DNA of 64,000 nucleotides from Dehalococcoidia bacterium (GTDB lineage Bacteria > Chloroflexota > Dehalococcoidia > SM23-28-2). The notes under the pieces are model-generated. The model was not told where the DNA came from and ran no database searches. It saw only the letters and a list, made by a program, of their open reading frames with translations. The stretch covers positions 1,311,343-1,375,342 of the forward strand of contig CP070630.1 in NCBI GenBank assembly GCA_020356025.1. The letters run 5' to 3'. Both the position numbers and the translations under genes were made by a program. Positions 8,679 through 17,652 of this stretch are shown here, one piece after another. Each line of letters opens with the position of its first letter. The first letter of the stretch is position 1.

Positions 8679-9902
8679 ATGCAGGCCAACAGGCTACCGC
8701 TGGAAGGCATCCGAGTGGCCGACTTCTGCTGGTTTGGCGCCGGGCCCATCTACACCGAGAGCTTGGCCAACCACGGCGCCCAGGTCATCCGGGTGGAATC
8801 CCAGGCGCACATCGACGGCCTCAGAGTTGCTCATCCCATGCCGGAGGGCAAGTACACCCTCAACGTCAGCGGCTACTTCAACAACTATAACGCCAGTAAG
8901 CTCTCCTTCACCCTCAACATGAAGCACCCCAAAGCGCTGGACGTAGCCCTCCGCCTCGTGGCCGTCAGCGATATCGTCACCGAGAACTACACCCCCGGCA
9001 CCCTCGAGAAGTGGGGACTCACCTACCAGAAGCTTCAGGAGGTCAGACCCGACATCATCCTGGTGCGGGAGCCCATGCAGGGCAGCGATGGCCCCCATGC
9101 CGAGTTCAGCGGCTTCGGGGCGGTCATCTCCCCCCTAGCGGGCATCAGTCATCTCAGCGGCTCCCCCGACCGGGTGCCCGTGGGCCTGGGCACCAACTAC
9201 ACCGACTACGTCATCAATCCCGGCCACACCATCATCGCCACCCTGGCCGCGCTGCGTTATCGCAACCGCACGGGCAAGGGGCAGCTCGTCGAGGTGGCCC
9301 AGGTGGAGTCGTCAACATGCGCGGTAGGCACGGCCATTCTTGACCAGACCGTCAACGATCGGAGCCAGAACCGCCAGGGCAATCGCCTCCCCCACGCTGC
9401 CCCCCACGGGGCCTACCGCTGCCAGGGAGACGACCGCTGGTGCGTCATCGCCGTCTTCAGCGATGACCAGTGGCGGGCCTTCTGCAAGGCTATTGGCGAT
9501 CCCCAGTGGTGCCGTGAAGAGCGCTTCGCCACCCTTCAAAGCCGCAAGGAGAACGAGGACGAGCTCGACCGCCTGGTGGAGGGCTGGACCAGCCCCAGGA
9601 CGGCCGAGAAGGTAATGGAAACCCTCCAGACGGCGGGCGTGGCCGCTGGCGTCGTCCAGAACGCTCGGGACGTGCTGGAGAACGACTCTCACCTCAAGGA
9701 GCGCGGCTACTACGTCTATCTCGATCACCCGGAGGCCGGTCGCACCGCCTACGATGGCCCCGGCTTCCGCCTGGGCAAGACTCCGGGCAGGCTCCGGCCG
9801 GCCCCGATGCTCGGGGAGCACACGGAGCGTGTGTGCAAGGAGGTCCTCCAGATGGACGACGAGGAGATGGTCCAACTGGTGATAGACGGGGTGCTGTTCT
9901 AG
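8679..9902 (+). CDS. family III CoA-transferase (CaiB/BaiF/Frc family), copy 2
   Basis: IRVADFCWFGAGPIYTESLANHGAQVIRVES signature. Full-length paralogue of the upstream gene. Confidence 0.9.
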   Translation: MQANRLPLEGIRVADFCWFGAGPIYTESLANHGAQVIRVESQAHIDGLRVAHPMPEGKYTLNVSGYFNNYNASKLSFTLNMKHPKALDVALRLVAVSDIVTENYTPGTLEKWGLTYQKLQEVRPDIILVREPMQGSDGPHAEFSGFGAVISPLAGISHLSGSPDRVPVGLGTNYTDYVINPGHTIIATLAALRYRNRTGKGQLVEVAQVESSTCAVGTAILDQTVNDRSQNRQGNRLPHAAPHGAYRCQGDDRWCVIAVFSDDQWRAFCKAIGDPQWCREERFATLQSRKENEDELDRLVEGWTSPRTAEKVMETLQTAGVAAGVVQNARDVLENDSHLKERGYYVYLDHPEAGRTAYDGPGFRLGKTPGRLRPAPMLGEHTERVCKEVLQMDDEEMVQLVIDGVLF

Positions 9903-9938
9903 CCCCAGCGGTCTGATTCTGTCAGGAGGGAGTGACCC

Positions 9939-11582
9939 ATGGCACTTGTCGACGGCGGCGATCTGGTTGCCCGTTGCCTCAAGCGAGAAGGAGTGGATGC
10001 CATCTTCACCCTCTGCGGCGGCCACGTTCAGGCCATCTACGACGCCTGCATCGACGAGAACATCAGAGTGATCGACGTCCGCCACGAGCAGGCGGCCGGC
10101 CACGCCGCCGAGGGCTGGTCGCGAGCGACCCGCAAGTGCGGCGTGGCAGTGGTCACCGCCGGCCCTGGCGTCACCGACGCCGTCACCGCCGTGGCCAACG
10201 CCTATCAGAACCGCAGCCCCATGCTGCTCATCGGCGGCCGCAGCCCCCTGGCCGAATTCGAGAGGGGCGCCCTCCAGGAGATGGACCAGGTGGAGTTCCT
10301 GAGGCCCCTGACCAAGTGGGCCCGCTGCCTGTACGACACCGCTCGCATCCCCGAGTATATGGCCATGGCCTTCCGCCATGCCCTCAGCGGCCGCTACGGC
10401 CCCGTCTTTCTGGAGATGCCGGCAGACGTACTCTTCTCGCGGGTGGAAGAGAACAACGTTACCTTCCCCTCCAGCTACCGCCCCCAGGGCCGTGTCCAGG
10501 CCGACCCCAGCGTCATCCGTCAGGCAGCCCAGCTCCTGGCCTCGGCCCAGCAGCCGCTGGTCATGGCCGGCAGCCTCGTCTACTGGTCGGCCGCCCACGA
10601 CAGCCTGCGCCAGCTCATCGAAAGGGTTCAGTCGCCCGTCTATCTGAACGCCATGGCGCGCGGCTCCGTACCGCAGGATCACCCTCTGTTCTTCTCCCGC
10701 ACTCGTCGCGGCGCCCTGACCCGCGCCGACGTCATCCTCATCATCGGCACCCCCCTGGACTTCCGCCTCGCCTACGGCAAACGCTTCAACCCCCAGGCCA
10801 AGATCATCCAGGTGGACGTCGACCCCACAGAGCTCGGCCGCAATCGCGACATCGATGTCTGCGTCGAAGGAGATGCCGCCGCCGTCCTGGAGCAACTGCT
10901 GGCCGAACTTGGCGACGCTAAGCCCGACCACGATGGCTGGCTCAAGGCCCTGCGCGAGGAGGAGGAGAAGACCCTGGCCGCCCGCCAGGAGTTCCTCAAC
11001 TCCGATGCCGTCCCCATCCATCCCCTGCGTCTGTGCAAGGAGCTGGCCGACTTCGTGGACGAGAACACCATCGTCATCGGCGATGGCGGCGACATCGTTA
11101 ACCTGGCCGCCCAGGTGCTGCCCATCAACCGCCCCGGCCAGTGGTACGACCCCGGCCCGATGGGGACGCTGGGAGTGGGCACCGGTTTCGCCATGGCCGT
11201 GAAGACCGCCCTTCCCGAGAAGAGGGTCCTGATGGTCAACGGCGACGGCACCTTCGGCCTCAACGGCTTCGAATTCGACACCTTCGTCCGCTTCGACCTG
11301 CCCGTGGTCTCCATCGTGGGCAACGACCGCCAATGGGGCCAGATAGCCGTGGGCCAGCGGATGATGTACGGCCCCGATCGGGCCATCGCCACCGTCCTGA
11401 GAGACAGCGCTCGCTACGACAAGGTGGTCGAAGCACTGGGCGGCCACGGGGAGTTCGTGGAGCAGCCCCAGGACATTCGACCAGCCCTGGAGCGGGCCTT
11501 CGCCTCGGGCAAGCCGGCCTGCGTCAACGTCATCACCGACCCTGACCCACCGGGCATCCGCGGCGGCTACCAGTTCATGTAA
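9939..11582 (+). CDS. thiamine-diphosphate enzyme of the acetolactate-synthase / oxalyl-CoA decarboxylase / 2-hydroxyacyl-CoA lyase superfamily
   Basis: Three-domain TPP-enzyme layout (HEQAAGHAAEGW, GPGVTDAVTAVANA, GDGTFGLNGFEFDT TPP-binding motif). The subfamily cannot be fixed by eye. Confidence 0.85.
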   Translation: MALVDGGDLVARCLKREGVDAIFTLCGGHVQAIYDACIDENIRVIDVRHEQAAGHAAEGWSRATRKCGVAVVTAGPGVTDAVTAVANAYQNRSPMLLIGGRSPLAEFERGALQEMDQVEFLRPLTKWARCLYDTARIPEYMAMAFRHALSGRYGPVFLEMPADVLFSRVEENNVTFPSSYRPQGRVQADPSVIRQAAQLLASAQQPLVMAGSLVYWSAAHDSLRQLIERVQSPVYLNAMARGSVPQDHPLFFSRTRRGALTRADVILIIGTPLDFRLAYGKRFNPQAKIIQVDVDPTELGRNRDIDVCVEGDAAAVLEQLLAELGDAKPDHDGWLKALREEEEKTLAARQEFLNSDAVPIHPLRLCKELADFVDENTIVIGDGGDIVNLAAQVLPINRPGQWYDPGPMGTLGVGTGFAMAVKTALPEKRVLMVNGDGTFGLNGFEFDTFVRFDLPVVSIVGNDRQWGQIAVGQRMMYGPDRAIATVLRDSARYDKVVEALGGHGEFVEQPQDIRPALERAFASGKPACVNVITDPDPPGIRGGYQFM

Positions 11583-11707
11583 CGATTGAGGCTGCCCTAG
11601 GCTGCGGCTCGGGTCAGCCTGGACGCTAGCCGCGGCAATGCAGTAACATTCCCCTTAGCATTACGCCTTCAGGGCACAGACAGAAGCAGCAGTAGTGGAG
11701 AGTCAGC

Positions 11708-12460
11708 ATGGATGTCCAAAACAAGGTGGCCGTAGTCACCGGCGCCAGCCGCGGGATCGGCAGGGCGATAGCCGTCGCCCTCGCCGCTGCCGGCGCCGAC
11801 GTCGTCTGCACCGCCCGCTCCAGTGAGGCCAGCCCGTCCAAGATTCCCGGCACCATCGACCAAACCGCCCGCGAGGTCGAGGCCCTGGGCCATCGTGCTT
11901 TGGCCATCCCTACGAACCTCGCCAAGGACGAGGAGATAGAGGCGATGGCCCAGCGCACGCTGGCAGAGTTCGGGCGGATAGACATTCTGGTGAACAACGC
12001 CGCCGTCAGCGCTCCCGGCTCCTTCCTAGACGTTCCGCCAAAGCACTGGGACCTGGTGATGAACGTTAACGTGCGGGGAGTCTACCTCTGTACCAGGGCG
12101 TTTCTACCAACCATGATCGAGCAGAGCAGCGGCTGCATCATCAACATCTCCTCCTACGCCTCCCAGGTGGTGGGAAACTGGGGCCTGGCCTACTCCGTGT
12201 CCAAGGCGGCCCTGGAAAGGCTGACCATCGGCCTGGCGGCTGAGGTGGAGCCCTGCAACATTGCTGTCAACGCCCTTCAGATCGAGCGCTTCGTGGCCAG
12301 TGAGGGGTTCGTGTATCTTACCCCCGGCACCGACCACTCCACCTGGGACGACCCTAAAGTGGTAGGCGAGGCCACCCTCTGGCTGATCAGCCAAGACCCC
12401 AGCTACACCGGTCAGGTAGTCACCCTGGGCGACATCGAAAGCCAGCGGGGTCAGGCCTGA
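11708..12460 (+). CDS. SDR-family oxidoreductase
   Basis: TGASRGIGRA cofactor motif, NNAA, and the YSVSK catalytic Y-x3-K. Confidence 0.85.
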   Translation: MDVQNKVAVVTGASRGIGRAIAVALAAAGADVVCTARSSEASPSKIPGTIDQTAREVEALGHRALAIPTNLAKDEEIEAMAQRTLAEFGRIDILVNNAAVSAPGSFLDVPPKHWDLVMNVNVRGVYLCTRAFLPTMIEQSSGCIINISSYASQVVGNWGLAYSVSKAALERLTIGLAAEVEPCNIAVNALQIERFVASEGFVYLTPGTDHSTWDDPKVVGEATLWLISQDPSYTGQVVTLGDIESQRGQA

Positions 12461-12545
12461 CAAACGGCTCCACGACACGGGAGATGACAGCACACGGCCC
12501 GCGCACGGGGATGGGATAGCGGTAGGACTTGCCCGCGCTTCGGCC

Positions 12546-13460
12546 CTATTCTTCCCCCGGCCACATATCGCGGAAGACGTACCACTGGTCGGGGTAGCGC
12601 CGAACGAAGCGCTCGAAGATGTCCACCAGTTGCTGGGTCACATCGCGGATGTCTTGCTCGGCATCCTTTTTCCTATCGGAGAAAATGGGGGGGCTGCCGT
12701 AGGCGATGAAACGATTGCCTGGCCGCCGCACTGCCACCCCGAACACGATAGGGGCGCCGCTGATCCGGGCCAGCCGCGCCGGGCCGGCAGGAAAATAGGT
12801 GGGGTGACCCAAGAAGTTCACCGGGACGCCGCCGCCATCGTCCCGATAGCCGACGTCCACTATCAGAGCCACCATCTCCCCCCGCCGCAGGGCTCGCAGT
12901 AGGTGCAGACCCGTTCCGGCCGTAGGAAGCAAGGACACTCCCATCTTCGCCCGGCAGGTCACGATCCAGTCCATCATCACCTTAGGCCGCAACTGCTCCA
13001 TGACGGAGGTAATGCGAAAGCCCTTCATCAGAACGAGAGCACTGCCCACCTCGATGCTGCCCATGTGGGCGCTGGTGAAGATGACCCCCTTGCCGTGCCG
13101 CCGCGCCTCGTCGAAATTCTCGTCGCCCTGGATGGTCACCCGCTGGAACTGTCCTTTCGGCCAGCCCTGCACGTGCAGCAACTCGGCGACGTACTTGCCG
13201 AAGTTGCGGAAGGAGCTGCGGGCCAGGCGCTTAACCTTTTCGTCATCGGGCGAGCAGCCGAGCATGCGGGCGTAGTTCCGAAAAGCACCCTCTCGCTTGC
13301 TCTTCCAAAGCCAGTAGAAGATGTCCGCTATGGGCAGGGAGATATGGTAGGCCAGACTCAGAGGCACCACCCTGGCCACAGCCACGTTCACCGGGTACAG
13401 CCAGGACTCGAGATGTCTATTTTGGGACAGTGCCGCCTTCTGTTCGCTGTTGGCTGTCAT
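12546..13460 (-). CDS. lysophospholipid/lipid-A-type late acyltransferase (LpxL/HtrB family)
   Basis: N-terminal membrane segment and family pattern (FRNYARMLG..., GKGVIFTSAHMGSIE, with the HxxxxE/D-like acyltransferase core). Confidence 0.75.
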   Translation of the reverse strand: MTANSEQKAALSQNRHLESWLYPVNVAVARVVPLSLAYHISLPIADIFYWLWKSKREGAFRNYARMLGCSPDDEKVKRLARSSFRNFGKYVAELLHVQGWPKGQFQRVTIQGDENFDEARRHGKGVIFTSAHMGSIEVGSALVLMKGFRITSVMEQLRPKVMMDWIVTCRAKMGVSLLPTAGTGLHLLRALRRGEMVALIVDVGYRDDGGGVPVNFLGHPTYFPAGPARLARISGAPIVFGVAVRRPGNRFIAYGSPPIFSDRKKDAEQDIRDVTQQLVDIFERFVRRYPDQWYVFRDMWPGEE

Positions 13461-13525
13461 CTTCGCTCCAACGCTCTCCTAAACAACCGACTGATCCTCC
13501 GCGCCCATGCCACTATATTTTGCGA

Positions 13526-13972
13526 TTAGGTTTGCTCCTCGACGTATGTCTTCTCCAGCTCTCGAACCCTCTCCTCGGGCAACCGCATGAACAGTCCATA
13601 CGACTCCGCCATCAACCTTCCGCCCTCACCGCGGATCTCCCCCCGTACCTTCAGCCAACGGCCGCGGTTGCGGATAACCTCTCCCGAGACCGTCGCCTTT
13701 TGATGCAGCGGCAGCGGCTGGCGGAACTTGACCTCCATCTTGCCGGTCACCGCCCACACGCCCAGTCCGTACATCGCCCAGCCCATGGCCTCGTCCAGAG
13801 CGGTGGACATCACCCCACCATGCATGAGGCCAGGGTATCCCTGATGCCGCTTCTGAGGCAGGAAATCGGCCACCGCCTTGTTCCCTTCGAATCGAAACTC
13901 CAGCTTTAGACCGGCGGGGTTGAGGTCCCCGCAGCCGAAGCAATAGCGTCTGGCAGCGATTTCCCCTGGCAA
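13526..13972 (-). CDS. PaaI-type hotdog-fold thioesterase
   Basis: CFGCGDLNPAGLKLEF... HGGVMSTALDEAMG pattern. TTG start 3 nt after the fabF-like stop, with a GAGGAG SD inside the upstream gene. Confidence 0.7.
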   Translation of the reverse strand: MPGEIAARRYCFGCGDLNPAGLKLEFRFEGNKAVADFLPQKRHQGYPGLMHGGVMSTALDEAMGWAMYGLGVWAVTGKMEVKFRQPLPLHQKATVSGEVIRNRGRWLKVRGEIRGEGGRLMAESYGLFMRLPEERVRELEKTYVEEQT

Positions 13973-13975
13973 GCC

Positions 13976-15214
13976 CTACTCCTCGCAGGCCCTGAAAACG
14001 GCCACCGAGTTCTGCCCGCCGAAACCGAAGCCGTTGGCCATGGCCATCCGCACCGGCGTATGGCGGGCCACGTTGGGCACGTAGTCCAGATCGCACTCGG
14101 GGTCCGGCGTGTCCAGATTGATGGTCGGCGGGATGATGCCGTCGTGGATGGCCAGCACGCAGGCAATGGACGAAATGGCCCCGGCAGCGCCCATCAGATG
14201 CCCCACCATCGATTTCGGCGAGCTGATCGGCACCTTGTAGGCGTGCTCCCCGAACACCTTCTTGATGCTCATGGTCTCCGAAACGTCGTTGAGAGGGGTA
14301 CCCGTGCCGTGGGCACAGATGTAGTCGATGTCTTCCGGGCCCACGCCCGCCGACTTGAGGGCGCGGCTCATAGCCAGAGCCGCTCCGTAGCCGTTGGGAT
14401 CGGGAGCGGTCACATGATAGGCATCGGCGGTGAGGCTCCCCCCCAGCATCTCGGCGTAGATCGGCGCACCCCGTCGCTTGGCATTCTCGTAGCGCTCCAG
14501 GATCATCACCCCTGCCCCTTCACCGGGAACGAAGCCGTCGCGGTGCAGGTCGAAGGGGCGGCAGGCCTTCTCCGGCTCGCTGTTGCGGGTGGACAGAGCC
14601 CTCATGTTGCTGAGAGCAGCGAAGACCACCGGGATGAGCGCTGCCTCCGAACTGCCAGCGATTACCACCTCCGCCTCGCCCAGGTCGATGAGGCGCTTAG
14701 CCTCCACGTAGGCATAGATGCCGCTGGCGCAGGCCTCGATGGAGGTAATGACCGGCCCGTGGATGCCCCATAGCATCGATACCTGACAGGAGGCCATGTT
14801 GGGGATCAGCGCAGGTATCAGCAAGGGGCTAACACGATTGGGTCCCTTGGTGAGGAAGACCCTTTCTCCCTCGGTCACGTCGGGCATGCCACCGCCGCCG
14901 GTGTTCATGACCACGCCCACCGAGTCACGGTTGTGGTCGTCGATAGTAAGGCTCGCGTCGGCGAGGGCCATCTTGGTGGCAGCCACGGCGAACTGGGCGA
15001 AGCGTGAGGTGCGGCGGGCGGCTTTGGCGTCCATATACTGGGCAGGCTCGAAATCCCTCACCTCGCCCGCGATGCGACAGGCGAAGGGGCTGGGGTCGAA
15101 GGCACTGACCGGCTTCACGCCAGAGACACCGTGGGTCAGGTTGTGCCAGAACTCCTCCACTGTAAGGCCATTGGGGCTTATCACTCCGATGCCGGTAACG
15201 ACTACTCGACTCAC
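13976..15214 (-). CDS. fabF: beta-ketoacyl-ACP synthase II-like condensing enzyme
   Basis: VVVTGIGVISPNG N-terminus, active-site ACASG Cys, HGTGTPLND and GHLMGAAG His motifs, NGFGFGGQN C-terminus. Start set to GTG 15214, which forms a GTGA overlap with the upstream stop. The ORF-track start at 15268 is a likely over-extension. Confidence 0.9.
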   Translation of the reverse strand: MSRVVVTGIGVISPNGLTVEEFWHNLTHGVSGVKPVSAFDPSPFACRIAGEVRDFEPAQYMDAKAARRTSRFAQFAVAATKMALADASLTIDDHNRDSVGVVMNTGGGGMPDVTEGERVFLTKGPNRVSPLLIPALIPNMASCQVSMLWGIHGPVITSIEACASGIYAYVEAKRLIDLGEAEVVIAGSSEAALIPVVFAALSNMRALSTRNSEPEKACRPFDLHRDGFVPGEGAGVMILERYENAKRRGAPIYAEMLGGSLTADAYHVTAPDPNGYGAALAMSRALKSAGVGPEDIDYICAHGTGTPLNDVSETMSIKKVFGEHAYKVPISSPKSMVGHLMGAAGAISSIACVLAIHDGIIPPTINLDTPDPECDLDYVPNVARHTPVRMAMANGFGFGGQNSVAVFRACEE

Positions 15215-15636
15215 AGCTTCACCTCTGCTTGGCCAGCAACAAGAACCTCGCCCTGCTGGTTCAGACACCCAACGTCACACCATAGGCGGCGTTCCTCATG
15301 CCCTTCTTGCACTCGCTGGATGTGGCCGCCGACGGTGACTGCGTCCTCCGACCGCGCTGCTCCCTTGAAGCGTACCTTCAGCCGCCCGTCAGAGAGCCAG
15401 GCCTGGCCGAAGGCCGCCGTCAGCACCTCCGACAGGTAAGCCAGCAGCAGCATACCGTGGGCAATAGTCCCACCGAAAGGCGTCTGAGCAGCAAAGGCTG
15501 GATCCACATGGATCGGGTTGAAGTCGCCGCTGGCACGAGCGTAGCGGTCGATCTTCTCCTGGCTAAGTGTCTTGGCCAGGGACGGCAGCTCTGCCCCCAC
15601 AACCCAGCGCTCCTTGTCTATCGCTTCCTGGCTCAC
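15211..15636 (-). CDS. MaoC-like (R)-specific hydratase/dehydratase hotdog protein
   Basis: YARASGDFNPIHVDPAFAAQTPFGGTIAHGM hydratase-2 motif. Start set to GTG 15636 (GTGA overlap with the upstream stop at 15633-15635). Confidence 0.8.
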   Translation of the reverse strand: MSQEAIDKERWVVGAELPSLAKTLSQEKIDRYARASGDFNPIHVDPAFAAQTPFGGTIAHGMLLLAYLSEVLTAAFGQAWLSDGRLKVRFKGAARSEDAVTVGGHIQRVQEGHEERRLWCDVGCLNQQGEVLVAGQAEVKL

Positions 15637-16040
15637 CGAGGCACCATCACAGTCAACCGCCCCGTCAGCACCGGCTGGCCGGACTCGTCCGTGCCCTCCA
15701 TCCCGACCGCCAGGATCCACCAGCCGGCCCGCTGCGAGCGATGGCTCAGCCAGGCACGGCAGGTGATCCGCTCACCCACCTCCAACGCCCGCAGGAACTC
15801 GAACTCCTGTGAACCGTGAATAGCGCCTGCCGGCAGCGTCATCTCCTCCATCAGCGACCGCAAGGCCAGCGCGGCCACTGCCATAGGCGGCACCCAGGCC
15901 TTACCTACCGCCTGGGCCAAACGAAGCAGAGCCTCGTCCTCCACTGCCTCCAGATAGCGGGCCACCGTCTCCTCATCCAGAACGAAGGACGTACCCGAAA
16001 ACTGGTGACCCTTGTCCAACGCCTCGATGGCCTTGTTCAC
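15633..16040 (-). CDS. MaoC/FAS1-like dehydratase N-terminal hotdog protein (non-catalytic partner type)
   Basis: 135-aa hotdog-sized ORF immediately upstream of, and coupled to, the catalytic MaoC protein. This resembles two-gene HadA/HadB-type arrangements. GTG start. Confidence 0.65.
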   Translation of the reverse strand: MNKAIEALDKGHQFSGTSFVLDEETVARYLEAVEDEALLRLAQAVGKAWVPPMAVAALALRSLMEEMTLPAGAIHGSQEFEFLRALEVGERITCRAWLSHRSQRAGWWILAVGMEGTDESGQPVLTGRLTVMVPR

Positions 16041-16131
16041 ACTCTAGATTCCTCTCCCGCTTGAGGCAAGACCCCCAATATGAATGGCACAAAAAGGGCG
16101 ATCTGTCAATGGCACTACACGGATTATCCTA

Positions 16132-16515
16132 TTACGGCCTCGCCGCACCCGCGAAGCGGCTGATATCGATGATCCGCCGCTCGTGGGTGCCCTCGCCGAT
16201 CTTCACCCCACCCTCGTTGTGGACCTCCACGGCAAACACACAGCGGCGGCCATCCACCTCCTGCACCGTCGTCCTGATCGTGACCTTCATGCCGATGGGC
16301 GTGGGCGCCGTATGAGCGATGTTTATGCGAACGCCCACCGACTGCTCCCCCGGGTCCAGGAAAGGTAGCAGGCTCTGGATGGCCGTCATCTCGATGTGCG
16401 CTACCATGGCTGGCGTGGAGTAGAAGGACGCCCCCGGCCCCAGGTGAGCGATGCCCATATCCGGCGTAGTGGCAATGGTCATCTCGTTGCTGTGCCCCAG
16501 GGGAATCACCTTCAT
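16132..16515 (-). CDS. hotdog-fold thioesterase (FlK / 4HBT-like)
   Basis: 127-aa ORF: MKVIPLGHSNEMTIATTPDM...STPAMVAHIEMTA...GVRINIAHTAPTPIG...GEGTHERRII. This matches the fluoroacetyl-CoA-thioesterase-like family pattern. Confidence 0.7.
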   Translation of the reverse strand: MKVIPLGHSNEMTIATTPDMGIAHLGPGASFYSTPAMVAHIEMTAIQSLLPFLDPGEQSVGVRINIAHTAPTPIGMKVTIRTTVQEVDGRRCVFAVEVHNEGGVKIGEGTHERRIIDISRFAGAARP

Positions 16516-16560
16516 CTCTCCTGCCTCCCTTGACCACCATGCCCAGCCCAGTTTCGCCTT

Positions 16561-16589
16561 AGTATAAGGGATGACCAGCCGCCAGTCAC
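16561..16589 (-). promoter_or_regulatory. putative promoter of the hotdog/KAS/acyltransferase operon
   Basis: Minus strand: GTGACT, 17 nt spacer, TATACT, about 45 nt upstream of ATG 16515 (SD GGGAGG). Confidence 0.45.
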
Positions 16590-16644
16590 AGCATCGGCGT
16601 CAAGAAAAGCACCTCTCCTCCTCTGGGTATTGCATCGCGCCCGG

Positions 16645-16653
16645 TGGTATAAT
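16645..16653 (+). promoter_or_regulatory. extended -10 (TGGTATAAT) of the lysR-type gene
   Basis: Perfect TATAAT preceded by TGn, about 80 nt upstream of the start at 16732. Divergent from the 16561-16589 promoter. Confidence 0.5.
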
Positions 16654-16731
16654 CTGCCCAGCACTTCCGAACCGTTCCCATAGAACAGATCAATAGGTCC
16701 GACGACGACGGCCAGTTGGGAGAGCAGGACT

Positions 16732-17646
16732 TTGGACTTCGGACAGTTGGAAGCTTTCGTGCAGGTGGCAGCCCACCACAGCTTCAGCCGCGCAGCCGAG
16801 GCCCTTCAGCTCACCCAGCCCTCCATCACTGCTCGCATCCAGGCCCTGGAGCGAGAATTGGGCGAGAAGATGTTCGAACGGGGTGGTCGCGGCGTGCGCC
16901 TGACCGACGCTGGCACCATCCTACTTCCCTATGCCGAACGCATGCTCCAGATGTTGCGGGAGGCTAAAGAAAGCGTAGAGGAGGTGCGCAGCGTCCAGGC
17001 CGGCAGCCTGCGCCTGGGCTCTGCCCTCACCATCAGCACCTACGTCCTGCCCCGCATCCTGCGCACCTTCCACTCCCGCTACTCCGGCGTCGAGGTTGTG
17101 GTGCACACCGGCCGCTCAGAGCAGGTGCTCAGTATGCTGCTCAGCGACGAGGTACAGGTGGGCCTGGTGCACTCTCTCACCCACCCCGATGTGGAGACCA
17201 TCGACCTCTACGCCGACGAGGTGATCCTGGTGGCCAACCCCGATCACCCCTTCGCCGTTAACCGTCAGGCCACCATCGAGGAGGTAGGCAGCCAGCCAGT
17301 CATCCTCGCCGACCGCGGCTCCAGCTACTACGCTCTCACCCACGGCTTTTTCCGCCAAGCGGGAGTCTTGCCCAACGTGGCCATGGAGCTGGATAGCATG
17401 GAGGCCACCAAGCGGATGGTGGAGGAAGGGCTGGGGATCGCCCTCCTGCCGAGGGTGTGCCTGGAGCGCGAGCTGAAGCAGGGCCTCCTGGCAGAGGTAG
17501 CCATCACCAACGCACCGGCCATCAGCCGCCAGATCGCCCTCATCCACCGCAAGAGCCGCAAGCAGGTCCGAACCGTCCAGGCCTTCCTAGAGGTGCTCCG
17601 CTCCATCTACGACCTGGAGCTACCCGCCGGCTCGACGGGCGGATGA
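16732..17646 (+). CDS. LysR-family transcriptional regulator
   Basis: N-terminal wHTH (FGQLEAFVQVAAHHSFSRAAEALQLTQPSITARIQALEREL) plus the LysR substrate-binding domain. TTG start. Confidence 0.9.
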   Translation: MDFGQLEAFVQVAAHHSFSRAAEALQLTQPSITARIQALERELGEKMFERGGRGVRLTDAGTILLPYAERMLQMLREAKESVEEVRSVQAGSLRLGSALTISTYVLPRILRTFHSRYSGVEVVVHTGRSEQVLSMLLSDEVQVGLVHSLTHPDVETIDLYADEVILVANPDHPFAVNRQATIEEVGSQPVILADRGSSYYALTHGFFRQAGVLPNVAMELDSMEATKRMVEEGLGIALLPRVCLERELKQGLLAEVAITNAPAISRQIALIHRKSRKQVRTVQAFLEVLRSIYDLELPAGSTGG

Positions 17647-17652
17647 GAGCCG

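Noticed and set aside
9312-11447. 711-aa minus-strand ORF antisense to the second CoA-transferase and the TPP enzyme
   Set aside because: Low-complexity Ala/Gly/Val/Asp-rich translation with no start context. The plus-strand genes have clear family signatures and operon spacing.
7375-11582. Calling the two CoA-transferases and the TPP enzyme frc / yfdE / oxc (oxalate degradation)
   Set aside because: The gene-set analogy is suggestive. However, family-III transferases and this TPP superfamily are functionally diverse, and I cannot assign the subfamily by eye. I kept this as a hypothesis in the findings and did not use it as an annotation.
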